Shown one piece after another: positions 36,725-47,027 of a stretch of 64,000 nucleotides of DNA. Numbering within the stretch: position 1 is the first letter of the stretch; the number at the start of each line of letters is the position of its first letter. The position numbers were made by a program, and so were the translations under genes. The notes beneath the pieces are model-generated. The model saw only the letters and a list, made by a program, of their open reading frames with translations. It ran no database searches and was not told the DNA's origin. Origin of the DNA: a virus; the IMG/VR virus record IMGVR_UViG_3300027782_000037, positions 32,001 through 96,000 of that record, one strand, 5' to 3'.

Positions 36725-37225
36725 TCATTTGTCTTTTTGTGCTCGATCCCCAATTAGGCGATCCAGCAGGTCATTGCGGGTTAATACCTGCCCCTGAGCT
36801 GTTGGTAAGTTATCCAAATTGCCGGTTCGCTTGGCTGCGTCTTGATCCAACTTCAGTTTCCTAAGCTGTAAATCAATCATCTTTAATTTCTTGTTTAATT
36901 TGGTTGTTTTTGCTGTCAGAGCGTGCCCCAGCATAGTACCAGCTACTGCAAATAGCTCTGCAGAGTAGCGACTATCCACATTCATACCTAAATCACTTAA
37001 ATCTTGATAGCTTTGTTTAGCCAGGTCTGCTATATCGTCCAATTCTCTATCAGATGCCATCAAGTCCCGTATTGCGGGTAACGCTTCGTCAATCTTATCT
37101 ATAGTGCTGTCAATGTTAACTATCGCGGTACGTGTTTCTTCCATGGTCATGTTTTCCACAACTGGAATATCTTCTGAATCTTCCAGTTGGTCGAAACCAA
37201 AAAGCTGCTCTAATTTTTTTGTCAT
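36725..37225 (-). CDS. Helical protein, possibly terminase small subunit (gp16-like)
   Basis: Size and long helices with SRYSAELF; TAAATA-5 nt-ATG. Confidence 0.4.
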   Translation of the reverse strand: MTKKLEQLFGFDQLEDSEDIPVVENMTMEETRTAIVNIDSTIDKIDEALPAIRDLMASDRELDDIADLAKQSYQDLSDLGMNVDSRYSAELFAVAGTMLGHALTAKTTKLNKKLKMIDLQLRKLKLDQDAAKRTGNLDNLPTAQGQVLTRNDLLDRLIGDRAQKDK

Positions 37226-37257
37226 ACTGTTATTTACAGTATTTTACGGGAGACCAT

Positions 37258-37692
37258 TTACTTTTTACGTCCAGAATGAAAGATATCATTTTCTGTGATG
37301 ACTCGAAAACCTAGTCCATTTTGTTTGGCCCAACTTTGCGCTGCGGCCCATTTTGAATAGTTGATAGCTATAGTGGCTCGTTGACTATCTTTCATATTTT
37401 CCACAAGTATACTTTGATTACGTGGTTTTATTTCTATTAATTCGGCTTTGTTAGTATTTTGCGGCCCACGGTATACTACAATAAAATCAGGCACATACAT
37501 GGTCATCTTGCCATGTAAGGGGTGTCGGTAGGGAATTCTAACAGGTTCACTCGCCCAGTTTACCACATTTTCATTGTGATCACAAAAATGCATGAATGTC
37601 TGTTCCCAACCTGAACGATAACGAGGCTTTCCCTTGCCCACATACTTGTGAGCGTTGGTTACTTCGTATAATCCTTGACGAAAACTGGGCAT
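37258..37692 (-). CDS. Head-completion nuclease (T4 gp4, TnsA-like)
   Basis: YRSGWE, WASEP..IPY, YVPDF, IEIKP, KWAAA, FRVITE. Confidence 0.9.
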   Translation of the reverse strand: MPSFRQGLYEVTNAHKYVGKGKPRYRSGWEQTFMHFCDHNENVVNWASEPVRIPYRHPLHGKMTMYVPDFIVVYRGPQNTNKAELIEIKPRNQSILVENMKDSQRATIAINYSKWAAAQSWAKQNGLGFRVITENDIFHSGRKK

Positions 37693-37694
37693 AA

Positions 37695-38054
37695 TTATTG
37701 TCTAACGTTATGGGCAGCGTAATAGTTTGGTATCACAGTTGCCTGAATACCTAACATAGTTGCACGACTCTGAAATGTATTAAGATAATAGGCAAATACC
37801 AGTGTTACCTGAGGGCCTGATAAGCCTTCGATGGATTGTAACAATTGCATAACAGGAATTCCTGATGCAGCCGCAATTCGAAACATTGTTGTTGTGAAAT
37901 TATTTGCCTGTGCTGTGGTACCAAATACCGATAATAGATAACTACGCACCGCATCATATTCCTGTGCAGGCACAGCCTGTTGATAGTCGTTGAACCTATC
38001 AAATATTTGTACGGTTAAATCAATAGCAGAATTAATAGCATTAATAGTGGCCAT
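37695..38054 (-). CDS. Hypothetical protein in the tail module
   Basis: 119-aa ORF; SD AAGGA. Confidence 0.7.
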   Translation of the reverse strand: MATINAINSAIDLTVQIFDRFNDYQQAVPAQEYDAVRSYLLSVFGTTAQANNFTTTMFRIAAASGIPVMQLLQSIEGLSGPQVTLVFAYYLNTFQSRATMLGIQATVIPNYYAAHNVRQ

Positions 38055-38063
38055 GAGTAATCC

Positions 38064-39335
38064 TTAACCGTAACTTGGATTATCTGGAGTGCCGACAAAG
38101 TTAACGCCCGCCTTTGCCTCATATTCTGAATTAAACACACTTTGAGCTACATTTGCTGATGCAACTGGAAAAATCATGCCATTTGGTGAATTAACCGCAG
38201 CCCTGGTTGCATCGGGTAAACTTTGCAACGCCTGTGAAATAGCGTCATACTGTAAAGCTGGTTGTACAATGCTTAGTCGATCTACGTTACTAAATGTATT
38301 GTATACAGCTGATGCAGCTTGCACAGCACCAATAACGTTTTGTAATCCGTTTTGTCCTGTGTTAAGTGCCTGCAGATCTTGAATAGATCCATTACGTGAA
38401 CTCACTAATCCGCCCTGGCCAAATACACTTTCGTTACCGCCCGGACGAGTAATGCCAGAAGGTATAGTGTCGTAGTGTGAGGGATCGGCAAATCCAGTTA
38501 CGTTAGTCGACGGTTGTCTTGCACCAATAGCGCCACTCATATATTTTACAGTTTCATATTCTATTGATACATCATTTTTCATGGTGCCGGAACCTTCGCC
38601 GTAATCATACGTGTCACTGCTCCAGCTGGTGATAACGGGATTAATCAATATCCATGCAGCAAATTTCTTTTGACTCATTCCATAAATTGTGATGTCACGG
38701 AAGAACGGTGGTTTACCATTAGGTGCAAATAGGTTATTTGTACCGCTGGAATAAGTTTCTCCCGCATACCCCCAGTCAGCAGTCTGCAGGATATCATTAT
38801 ATATAGAATCTTGGTAATTAAATCCATTACTAATACCCATAACTTGCCCTAGTGTTCCATTTATATTGGGAACTCGACCAGTTGGTACGTTTTGATATTG
38901 TTGAGTCGCATCTTTATAGTAATATGTGAAGTAGTTATACCACATATTGCGTATTAAATCCGATTGATCGTCATGAAAAGATATTCTACTGGCTTCATAT
39001 CGAATTTTACTTTGTACTATTCTTTTGCGATTATACTGATTCATCACCGCAGTATCAATTTTAAACTTTGGGAGGTCAATACTTTTAACCATCATACCAA
39101 TAGTTTCCACGGTGCCTGATCCGTATGCAGCCTGTAGTTGTGGAATTTGCCCGGTGTTTATATTGAAATAAACATGATATAAAAATTTAAGACGTGGAGT
39201 TAATTGATACCCATTGGGTATAAAAGTTCTTGCTGCGTGGGTATAGTCTTTTAGACCGGGTACACTTTCTATACCCTGCCCAAATCCCTGTAATAAACTG
39301 CTACCCTGGCCAAAATAACCTGTACCTACGCTCAT
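38064..39335 (-). CDS. Tail-tube-like baseplate or tube initiator (gp48/gp54-like)
   Basis: VKSIDLPKF, NQYNRKRIVQ, FHDD, LINPVITSW; follows the tail tube gene. Confidence 0.65.
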   Translation of the reverse strand: MSVGTGYFGQGSSLLQGFGQGIESVPGLKDYTHAARTFIPNGYQLTPRLKFLYHVYFNINTGQIPQLQAAYGSGTVETIGMMVKSIDLPKFKIDTAVMNQYNRKRIVQSKIRYEASRISFHDDQSDLIRNMWYNYFTYYYKDATQQYQNVPTGRVPNINGTLGQVMGISNGFNYQDSIYNDILQTADWGYAGETYSSGTNNLFAPNGKPPFFRDITIYGMSQKKFAAWILINPVITSWSSDTYDYGEGSGTMKNDVSIEYETVKYMSGAIGARQPSTNVTGFADPSHYDTIPSGITRPGGNESVFGQGGLVSSRNGSIQDLQALNTGQNGLQNVIGAVQAASAVYNTFSNVDRLSIVQPALQYDAISQALQSLPDATRAAVNSPNGMIFPVASANVAQSVFNSEYEAKAGVNFVGTPDNPSYG

Positions 39336-39340
39336 ATAGA

Positions 39341-39997
39341 TTAGAATGCGTTAGTATTTACAGTCCCTGTCCCAGTAGCAAGAGTGCCCACTGTACGGGA
39401 GATTGTCTGACCAACGCCGTTGGGCTCACCAGCAGTATTAACTTGAATAGCATTGTCAAAGGTTATGGTCAATGCAATTTTTACAGCTTCGGATGTATTA
39501 TAATCCATTTTACCGTAGTCAGCAGATTTCAAATAACAGCCAAGTACGTCCCATTCTTCCAATACGGTTGGCTCATTTGCGCCATTGCCACCATCAAGGA
39601 CTTGTAGTTGTATTGTGAATTTATAATCGATTGCAGATGCAGCTGAACTTTGTTCCATAAAATCTAATTGTTTCTGTAGCTGTTCACCAACTAATCGACT
39701 TATATTGCCCTGTGCATCATCACGTAATGAACAGGTCATATCACCCCATGAATGTTTTCCAGCCAGTTTAATTGTACTGTTGTAAATTGGTAATTTAATT
39801 TCAGTGAAATCAACTTTTGGTCGGGAAATATCCATAACTTGTTTAGATAATTCCGTAGTAGGTGTACTAACTCCGAAGTTATTGAAGAACACACGGAAGC
39901 GGTACGACAACTTGGGCATTAACATACCCTGTGTTGATGCACTTTGCCCGTCTGCGCCCAGTGGAACAGTCATGTTAGTTAGTGAGGATGTTGCCAT
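39341..39997 (-). CDS. Tail tube protein (gp19-like)
   Basis: YRFRV, SRPKV, KLAGKHSW, WDVLGCY, LTITFD; follows the sheath gene; own late promoter 40019-40024. Confidence 0.85.
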   Translation of the reverse strand: MATSSLTNMTVPLGADGQSASTQGMLMPKLSYRFRVFFNNFGVSTPTTELSKQVMDISRPKVDFTEIKLPIYNSTIKLAGKHSWGDMTCSLRDDAQGNISRLVGEQLQKQLDFMEQSSAASAIDYKFTIQLQVLDGGNGANEPTVLEEWDVLGCYLKSADYGKMDYNTSEAVKIALTITFDNAIQVNTAGEPNGVGQTISRTVGTLATGTGTVNTNAF

Positions 39998-40030
39998 TTC
40001 TTAATCTCCGATATACTTTATTTAGTTAAT

Positions 40031-40056
40031 AAAGTTGGGCGTTTCGCCCAACTTTC
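40031..40056 (-). terminator. Terminator hairpin after the tail sheath gene
   Basis: AAAGTTGGGCG-TTT-CGCCCAACTTT inverted repeat. Confidence 0.8.
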
Positions 40057-40057
40057 T

Positions 40058-43000
40058 TTAAGCAGCAGCCTGCGCCGCAATTGCTCCAGTGTTTTCAATA
40101 CGTAATGGAATATAAATAAATTCCACTGCTTTAACTGGTTCAATTGCAATATCAACCCATAACTGATTTTGATCAATTGTAGTTGGTGTATTGTTAGTAT
40201 TATCACACACCACCAGATAATCATAAAGTCCACGTTTGGCCACCAGATCAATCATCAAACTCACAATTGTATTGCTAATTTCAGTACGTGTAATCTGATC
40301 ATTGGGTTCAAACAGATATTGTTTACCAATTTGGTTAAGTCGGGTACGTAGATAGCAAACCAGACGAGATACGTTGATACGATCCAATGCTGTGTTAGTT
40401 CCCTGTAATGTTTTGTTACCAAAGTTAGTAATTCCCACACCTGGAATAAAGGTAATTGGATTAATATTTCTTGGATACAGAACGTCACGCAGACCTTGTC
40501 CCACACTCAATGTTTCAAATGCACCTGTAGTAGGATTTAAATATCCCAATTGGAAAGCATTATCAACTAACCCGCGACGTGTACCAGCAGGGGCTAACCA
40601 GGGGTAAGAAACCTCATCACTGCGAATAATTGTACGGATCATCATATGACTTGGATACGTAACTGCCTCATTTCCAGTTAAATCGGTAGTCTTACAACTT
40701 GGATAGAATGTTGCGCTGTAACTATCACCTGTGGCCAAATTACCGTCGCCAGTTGGTAATCCTAATCCACCGTTATTAGATGCCCAGATAGCAATGTTAT
40801 TAGGTGTCAAACGCAAAGGTGTATCAATAATGGCAAAAGCTACATTATTAATTTCATTGTTTAATGCCCTAACATTTAGAGCGCATTCTGGATAACCAGT
40901 AACTGCAATCAGGTTATACGCATTTTGCTCTTCACGAATCTGTGTATTTGAATCCAGTGACGCTTTCATAGCAGCAACGATAATTGCTCGCTGTGCATGA
41001 CGTCCCATATATGGTGCTCCATCTGAGCGATTTCCAGTAGCCGAAACCCACGTATTAGTTACTGTTTGGATTGACCAATAAGTAGGACTACTGCTGGGCA
41101 CATTATTCGTGCTATTTAGAATACATGCATACACAACACCACTATATTGGACATATTGGCCAATGGTGTATGCGGTAGTTGACGACCAGTCGTAAGTTGG
41201 ATATGCTTGATTATTCCAAGCATCTAATTCAAATGTTTTAACATTAAAACCTGAACGACGAGTATTCCATAATAGAATACCGGTTGGTGACAGGTCTGCG
41301 TTAGGTGCATCTGGATCCAGGTAATTACTGGTTAACAAACTTTCAATTGTTGGCAATGCATCACTTACTGGATCTGTAGTGCCATTAGGTGCCCAACGTG
41401 CATCAGCAAATATAATTCCACTTGATTCTGTTGCATCTGCATTATTAAGTTGTACCCATTGCGGTACTCCTTCAATATTTTCCCAACGATATAATGCCGG
41501 ATAATTTTCCAAATCGTTTGAGTCAACCCATAAGTCACCATATACTAACGGACTTTGTGATTGATCTGTTTGTGTTGTTGGTGCGTCAGTACTGATGATA
41601 GGACCTGCAGCATTACATAGTGTTAAGTTGTACCCACGAGCATCAGAAGTCACTGTTTGGTAACCGACCCATTCACCATTGCTCTGAATCATAATGTCAA
41701 CTTGAGTAGGATCACTGTAATACCAGTATGTACCAGTAGCAGGATTCTCATTTGGAGTTGAATTAGATGCAACGTAAGTAAACGTTGGATCACTTACCCA
41801 GTTACTTAATCTGATACCAGCATTAATTCCATCAACGTAGTTCTGGCTACACAGGAATGTACTGGTTGTAAAGCCCGCTGTAGTAATAGGAGTACCGGTA
41901 ACATTGGTAAGAACAATATCACCACCTGCGCTGTGTGTGAACACAATAGCACCTGTACTGGCAATAGTAGCACTAACATAAGGAATAGCCGCAGAGCTTA
42001 CTGCTGCTATGAAATCACTTGGTGTGGTTCCTGATATTGTACAGGTTACTGTAGTATTACTGGCTGTCTCTGGTTGTGTTGCTATAATAGTAAATTCGTT
42101 ACCCGACACAAAGGTTTGTGAAGTTTCATCACCAGTAACAATAGTCGGACCTGCTACGTAACGTTCATAAATTGTAAACCCAGCCGTACCATTATCAAAT
42201 GGGTCATAACGACCATATAGCGTACCGGCAGAGATATTTTCACCACCTCCCGATGGGTCCAATCCATAAATCGCCAGCGCATTGTCAGCATAATTTGTCA
42301 CCGGCTGAACAACAAATATACCCAGTGTAGCACTGAATTTTTTCATTACTAGGTTTGCACCTTTATTTACGGCATTAGTTTTTTGCCATACTGATCCGGT
42401 TACCCCAATAGCAGTTGTTCCTCCCTGGCTCCATGTTGGAACTTGGTAGCTAGGTGATGCTTGGTAGAATGGAATATAATTTGTACCCGCTGTGATACCC
42501 AACGTAGTAAGAACCGTGCCTGTACCAGCAGCTATAACGACTGTACCTGTAGGAGCGCCAACTCGACCACCACTAACATAGGCAGCAGTAGTAGAAGAAT
42601 CGTAACTTACTGAGGTTGTTGTACATGCGGTAACTGTATATTCTCCATTGTATCCAGCTGGGGACATGTTGCTTACCGAAATTTTGCTACCAACAGCGTA
42701 AGGAGCACTAGCCTGTGTAGCAAATGTTAACGTTGCTGTTCCAGAGCTACCCGATGCTCCAGTTACTGCAATGGTTACACCAGCTGCGGTGTCATCAGCA
42801 TAAATGCTTAATTGGCCACCTACATTACCTGCATATACGCCAACTAAAGCAGCAGAAGTAATCGCATTAGCGATACCAGTAACTGTATTATTTGGACTTG
42901 CTGGAACTGTAATAACTGTGCCGTTAACTATAAATGTTTCTGCGGCAGTTATACTTGACGGAGTATTAACACCCTGTACTGTTGCCCAGGAAGATTGCCA

Positions 43001-43693
43001 TTCAGTACTACCCAGTAATACCCATGTATTATATAAAGAATTGATTCTAGAATCGTTTGATTGCGTAGATGTCGGACCACCACGTTTAAAGTAAACGGGA
43101 TTGGAAGTATATGTTGCTGTTACCGCATAATTTCCAATACTACCATAACTTTGTAGCGGCACCGATGAACTAGGATTTAAATATTCAACGTCTGTTATTA
43201 CAGTTGGAATTTGGTTAGTAAATGTGCTGGTAACATCATTCCATTGGAACAATCCCCAGGCGGTATTTGCTGTGTCTAACCAATAAGAACCACCAACTGG
43301 ATTACCCGTTGGGCGAGTTAAACTGGCACTAAGCGCAGCCAGGTCAATATCAGCACGTAGCACATAACATTGATTAGTAACACCAAGAGCAGAATAAGCA
43401 GCTAATAAGCCGTATTCATTAAGCTCGTATCCATTGATAGGAGTACCATTTGTAGTGGTATAGAAGAATGGGACTCCGTAGTTTGCGGACAATGCACGTT
43501 GGCTAGATGCCAAGAACAATTGATTAGCATTGGCGGCCGTTGTACCAGGAGCGACCCCTGTACCATCTGAAGATAGTTTATTTGCCGCGGTGGCAATAAC
43601 CATCAGCGGCACTGAATTTGTTGCGGCGGGTAGGTACTGACTTTGGTCAACTACCGTAACTTTTACACCTGGGGATACTAATGTGCTAGACAT
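40058..43693 (-). CDS. Tail sheath protein (gp18-like) with large insertions
   Basis: LVSPGVKVTVVDQS, PWLAPAGTRRG, INPI, FGNKT, DRINVSRL, FEPND, EPVKAVEFIYI. Confidence 0.95.
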   Translation of the reverse strand: MSSTLVSPGVKVTVVDQSQYLPAATNSVPLMVIATAANKLSSDGTGVAPGTTAANANQLFLASSQRALSANYGVPFFYTTTNGTPINGYELNEYGLLAAYSALGVTNQCYVLRADIDLAALSASLTRPTGNPVGGSYWLDTANTAWGLFQWNDVTSTFTNQIPTVITDVEYLNPSSSVPLQSYGSIGNYAVTATYTSNPVYFKRGGPTSTQSNDSRINSLYNTWVLLGSTEWQSSWATVQGVNTPSSITAAETFIVNGTVITVPASPNNTVTGIANAITSAALVGVYAGNVGGQLSIYADDTAAGVTIAVTGASGSSGTATLTFATQASAPYAVGSKISVSNMSPAGYNGEYTVTACTTTSVSYDSSTTAAYVSGGRVGAPTGTVVIAAGTGTVLTTLGITAGTNYIPFYQASPSYQVPTWSQGGTTAIGVTGSVWQKTNAVNKGANLVMKKFSATLGIFVVQPVTNYADNALAIYGLDPSGGGENISAGTLYGRYDPFDNGTAGFTIYERYVAGPTIVTGDETSQTFVSGNEFTIIATQPETASNTTVTCTISGTTPSDFIAAVSSAAIPYVSATIASTGAIVFTHSAGGDIVLTNVTGTPITTAGFTTSTFLCSQNYVDGINAGIRLSNWVSDPTFTYVASNSTPNENPATGTYWYYSDPTQVDIMIQSNGEWVGYQTVTSDARGYNLTLCNAAGPIISTDAPTTQTDQSQSPLVYGDLWVDSNDLENYPALYRWENIEGVPQWVQLNNADATESSGIIFADARWAPNGTTDPVSDALPTIESLLTSNYLDPDAPNADLSPTGILLWNTRRSGFNVKTFELDAWNNQAYPTYDWSSTTAYTIGQYVQYSGVVYACILNSTNNVPSSSPTYWSIQTVTNTWVSATGNRSDGAPYMGRHAQRAIIVAAMKASLDSNTQIREEQNAYNLIAVTGYPECALNVRALNNEINNVAFAIIDTPLRLTPNNIAIWASNNGGLGLPTGDGNLATGDSYSATFYPSCKTTDLTGNEAVTYPSHMMIRTIIRSDEVSYPWLAPAGTRRGLVDNAFQLGYLNPTTGAFETLSVGQGLRDVLYPRNINPITFIPGVGITNFGNKTLQGTNTALDRINVSRLVCYLRTRLNQIGKQYLFEPNDQITRTEISNTIVSLMIDLVAKRGLYDYLVVCDNTNNTPTTIDQNQLWVDIAIEPVKAVEFIYIPLRIENTGAIAAQAAA

Positions 43694-43792
43694 AATTTAA
43701 ATCCTTATAATTAATATACAATATTTAGTTCATAACTGAAAAAGACACTGATAACCGTACCCTACTTAGTAGGTTTTGTGGTAAATATCAGT

Positions 43793-44140
43793 ATGAGACC
43801 TATTTGTAACGTCTGCAATCAGCGGCCCAGAGCTGTGGCATACCATAAACCTGATGGTAGCGTGCAATATCGACGACTTTGTGAATATTGTATACGGCGT
43901 GGCCGTAAATTGAAACCTGCGGTACCCAAATGGACGCAGGCAGGATATAAAAAGAAGGCGGTGTGTGACCGATGCGGCTTCAGATCAAGGTGGGCCGCTC
44001 AGCTATTAGTATTTCACATGGATGGGAATTTAAATAACAATAAAGTTAGCAATTTAAAAACTATTTGTCAGAACTGTGTGGTGGATGTGGCTAAGTCTGA
44101 TCTACCTTGGCGGCCTGGAGATCTTGAATCAGATGTTTGA
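43793..44140 (+). CDS. Zn-binding HNH-like protein (start corrected to 43793)
   Basis: Four CxxC pairs; HMDGNLNNN..NLKTICQNC; TAAATA-5 nt-ATG. Confidence 0.7.
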   Translation: MRPICNVCNQRPRAVAYHKPDGSVQYRRLCEYCIRRGRKLKPAVPKWTQAGYKKKAVCDRCGFRSRWAAQLLVFHMDGNLNNNKVSNLKTICQNCVVDVAKSDLPWRPGDLESDV

Positions 44141-44729
44141 CCTGTGAGTATAAATTATCAAGGCCGTCAGCATTATTATCAACAACAGCATCAAAATTAG
44201 TTCCAATCCAGCTCCATTCACTAGGATGTACATCCGATCTAAAGTTCATGGCTGCTGAGATGCCAGCATTTGTATCAACCGCCTCTTGATACCATTCAGG
44301 CTCGGGGCCGCGAACTACCCTAATAACAATACCACCCGCACTTCTAATAGCGGCTATTTCATTGGGAAAACGACAATCAGAAATAACAATATCATCATGT
44401 GTGGTACGTAGTTTATTTTCCAATGATGCTATCCAAATATTATCATCAAAGCCTTTTCTACATACCTCTGTGCCCCAGTACTGTAGTACCCAGCGTGGAG
44501 TGATATTCCTACCAAGTCTTTCACTCCACCATTCATCTCGCTGTTCTCGCCATTCTCTACTTTCACGAGTGCGACCTTCGAGTAATTCTCGATTCCAGCC
44601 AAATACAGCGGCAACTGCATCCTTCAGTGTATGCGCGAAAGATTCACGACGAAATTGATGTATATTCTGTAGGTAATCAGCAATAGTGTCTTTACCGCTG
44701 CCGATAAGGCCGCAAATTCCTATAATCAT
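44091..44729 (-). CDS. Deoxynucleoside monophosphate kinase (T4 gp1-like)
   Basis: IIGICGLIGSGKDT, FAHTLK, TPRWVLQYWGTE, ISDCRFPNE, HPSE. Confidence 0.93.
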   Translation of the reverse strand: MIIGICGLIGSGKDTIADYLQNIHQFRRESFAHTLKDAVAAVFGWNRELLEGRTRESREWREQRDEWWSERLGRNITPRWVLQYWGTEVCRKGFDDNIWIASLENKLRTTHDDIVISDCRFPNEIAAIRSAGGIVIRVVRGPEPEWYQEAVDTNAGISAAMNFRSDVHPSEWSWIGTNFDAVVDNNADGLDNLYSQVKHLIQDLQAAKVDQT

Positions 44730-45202
44730 ATATTGTCCTTTAGTACATCTGATGTCATTAAATACCAGCCCTGGCGGTAAGATCCTAATTGTGTAAATCC
44801 TAAATCATTATAAAATTTGGGAATTTCTGTTGTAACTATAATTACTCTGTCCCGAATATGTGCAAATTTTACAGCTTTTTCGGTTATACGTTTTCCCAAT
44901 CCCTGATTACGATAAGCAGGGTCAACACATACCCAGGTCAAGTCATAAAAGTATTGTAAGTTAGATTCGCTGACAATACCAAACCCCACTAATTTGTCAC
45001 CATCCTGGGCTATTACATACCATTTAGGTTCTTCAATTAGGTTTATTAGGTATTTTACTTTTTCAACTTCGATACGATGCTCTACATCTTTTGATATTAA
45101 TGACGGCATTTCTCCGGCGGGAGTGTAAACGAACGATTGTTTGAGTAATTCACCTACCGCAGTCGGGTTAGGCAAATGGTTATATACTTCTACAGTAATC
45201 AT
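44726..45202 (-). CDS. GNAT-family acetyltransferase
   Basis: VCVDPAYRNQGLGK acetyl-CoA motif; FYNDLGF. Confidence 0.85.
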   Translation of the reverse strand: MITVEVYNHLPNPTAVGELLKQSFVYTPAGEMPSLISKDVEHRIEVEKVKYLINLIEEPKWYVIAQDGDKLVGFGIVSESNLQYFYDLTWVCVDPAYRNQGLGKRITEKAVKFAHIRDRVIIVTTEIPKFYNDLGFTQLGSYRQGWYLMTSDVLKDNI

Positions 45203-45723
45203 CGTATTTTTTTAATACCTATCTGTCGAAAAGTTTCTTGCAACATATCTATTTGCCGCTGGCAATCTTTTAAAGCATGATGTTCCGCGGGAGGTTTTGG
45301 ACAATCAGGCCATAGACTGTAGATGGTGCGAGCATCGCGAATTTTGTAATATTGCCAAGGAATGTGTTTACCACGGCTTTTAAAAGCATGTTCCAGGATT
45401 GTGGCGTCATAAGTTGGGCCATTCATCCAGATAAAATCAGCGTGCCAACATATTTTATGTAGCCCATCTAGGGATTCTTCCAGGGAAACACGATTATCTT
45501 CCGCAAATGCCTCGGCAGCGGCTTGTGGTTGAGTAGCCCACCATTCAACAGTGGCATCGTCAATTATTCTATCATCTTGGCTTTCAATGGTAACACGAGA
45601 ATAGAAATCTTCTTTAAGATATCCCCGGCCAAATGGATCAAAGGCTTGTGCTGCTATGGTTAAAATAGCAGCAGCTGGTGTAGTTGCCAGTCCCTCGATG
45701 TCGATCATTATATGTTTTGCCAT
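45199..45723 (-). CDS. DEDDh 3'-5' exonuclease (DexA-like)
   Basis: IMIDIE, NGPTYD, RDART, HHALKD. Confidence 0.85.
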   Translation of the reverse strand: MAKHIMIDIEGLATTPAAAILTIAAQAFDPFGRGYLKEDFYSRVTIESQDDRIIDDATVEWWATQPQAAAEAFAEDNRVSLEESLDGLHKICWHADFIWMNGPTYDATILEHAFKSRGKHIPWQYYKIRDARTIYSLWPDCPKPPAEHHALKDCQRQIDMLQETFRQIGIKKIR

Positions 45724-45729
45724 ACAATA

Positions 45730-45758
45730 AGTATAGCAAGATACTAGATATTAGTCAA
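45730..45758 (-). promoter_or_regulatory. Sigma70-type promoter (extended -10), predicted leaderless
   Basis: TTGACT-17 nt-TATACT, with TG at -15/-14, then 6 nt-ATG(45723). Confidence 0.75.
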
Positions 45759-46227
45759 TGTCTTTTACTTGGTTTGGGCGAAAAATCCATTCATACCGTG
45801 TATCTACATCACCAACAGCTCTACCAAACTTCCAATCAGGGCCCAATAATTGATTGAAGAATCTGACAGCATACTTGTCGTATAAACTTACACGACTGTC
45901 TTCGTTATTATGGGCATGGAACCAAATGAAGGTTGGACCAAGTTGATTTACCATTGGTGGCAATCGTTTTTTTAAAATTTGTGCTACTGTGCTGAAGATT
46001 CTAAACTGATCTCCTTCGCCTGTTATGTCCGTACTACCATTAACCTTAAACACAATATCTATTGCCCAACCTTGGTTAGTCCATATCCCTTCCAGCAAAA
46101 CTTCTATTTTGCCATCCTTGGTAGTAATTATTTTAAAATCTTTTGCGCCATGTTCTATTTTGAATGGATAGGGGTTGTTACCCAACTCAGTTAAGTTAGA
46201 TTCGGCTACGATTTCACTAAATCGCAT
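45751..46227 (-). CDS. Probable internal head protein (start corrected to 46227)
   Basis: MRFSEIVAE start TAATG-coupled to the gp13-like gene; TGEGDQFRIFSTV...SRVSLY motif. Confidence 0.6.
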   Translation of the reverse strand: MRFSEIVAESNLTELGNNPYPFKIEHGAKDFKIITTKDGKIEVLLEGIWTNQGWAIDIVFKVNGSTDITGEGDQFRIFSTVAQILKKRLPPMVNQLGPTFIWFHAHNNEDSRVSLYDKYAVRFFNQLLGPDWKFGRAVGDVDTRYEWIFRPNQVKDID

Positions 46228-46997
46228 TATCCAATTACCCAAGTTAAGGGTTGTGATCCATCCACATAGTCCACTAAATCCTTAAGACATTGGGCAAACA
46301 TTTCCTTGGCTTCCGCTTTCATAGTAGTACCATTTAGGGTGCTACCGCCCTGGGGGCCGGCTATAGTACCAAACTTTTCACGAGCTTCACCAATAATCAT
46401 CTTGCAATTGGCATGCATCCAGTTTCGTATCCACTGGCGAATTTGGTAGTCGCTTAATAAGTTCACTTCAGGTTTTAGGTTGTAGGTCCATAGTAGAACG
46501 TTTTCTCCCACACCCTTGGGATCACGTATCAATTGCAGCTTTTTCGTTACTGGATTCCACGTATAGTTCATATACGCACCAAACATACGACCAGCTAGCT
46601 CAACATACTGACTGTAAAAGTCATACGTTGCCAAGCCCCCTGCCACGTTGAAGTTCATCAAATACACATTCATTGAAGCTTGGCTGAATGGGTCAAAATT
46701 GCTGGCATACGGGCCGGTTGAATCACCAAAAGTACGTCTAAAAATCTGACGAACCTGGATAACTTCATCGGGTAAATCATAAATGTTTACGTTGGTAACT
46801 AACTCCATGAAGGTGTAGCTTTCTTCGTAAGCATTTTGTGCTCGCTGTCGGTATGTTCCTATAGCATTACGATAAGCAGACTCAAAATGAGCGGCATCCA
46901 ACTCTATATCAACAATCTGATCTGCTAGTTGCAGTCGTACATATTCAATTAGATTCTGCTTTAATGTTTCTAGGGTGCTTTCTGATTGCTCGGCCAT
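46227..46997 (-). CDS. Neck protein (gp13-like)
   Basis: VRLQLADQIVDIELD; GEAREKFGTIAGPQGGSTLNG; late promoter 47016-47021. Confidence 0.85.
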   Translation of the reverse strand: MAEQSESTLETLKQNLIEYVRLQLADQIVDIELDAAHFESAYRNAIGTYRQRAQNAYEESYTFMELVTNVNIYDLPDEVIQVRQIFRRTFGDSTGPYASNFDPFSQASMNVYLMNFNVAGGLATYDFYSQYVELAGRMFGAYMNYTWNPVTKKLQLIRDPKGVGENVLLWTYNLKPEVNLLSDYQIRQWIRNWMHANCKMIIGEAREKFGTIAGPQGGSTLNGTTMKAEAKEMFAQCLKDLVDYVDGSQPLTWVIG

Positions 46998-47027
46998 ATG
47001 GACTCCATGTCCATATATTTAGCCGAG

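Noticed and set aside
43793-44140. Mobile HNH homing endonuclease
   Set aside because: It is short, lacks the final His of the HNH motif and has its own late-type promoter; more likely a resident gene.
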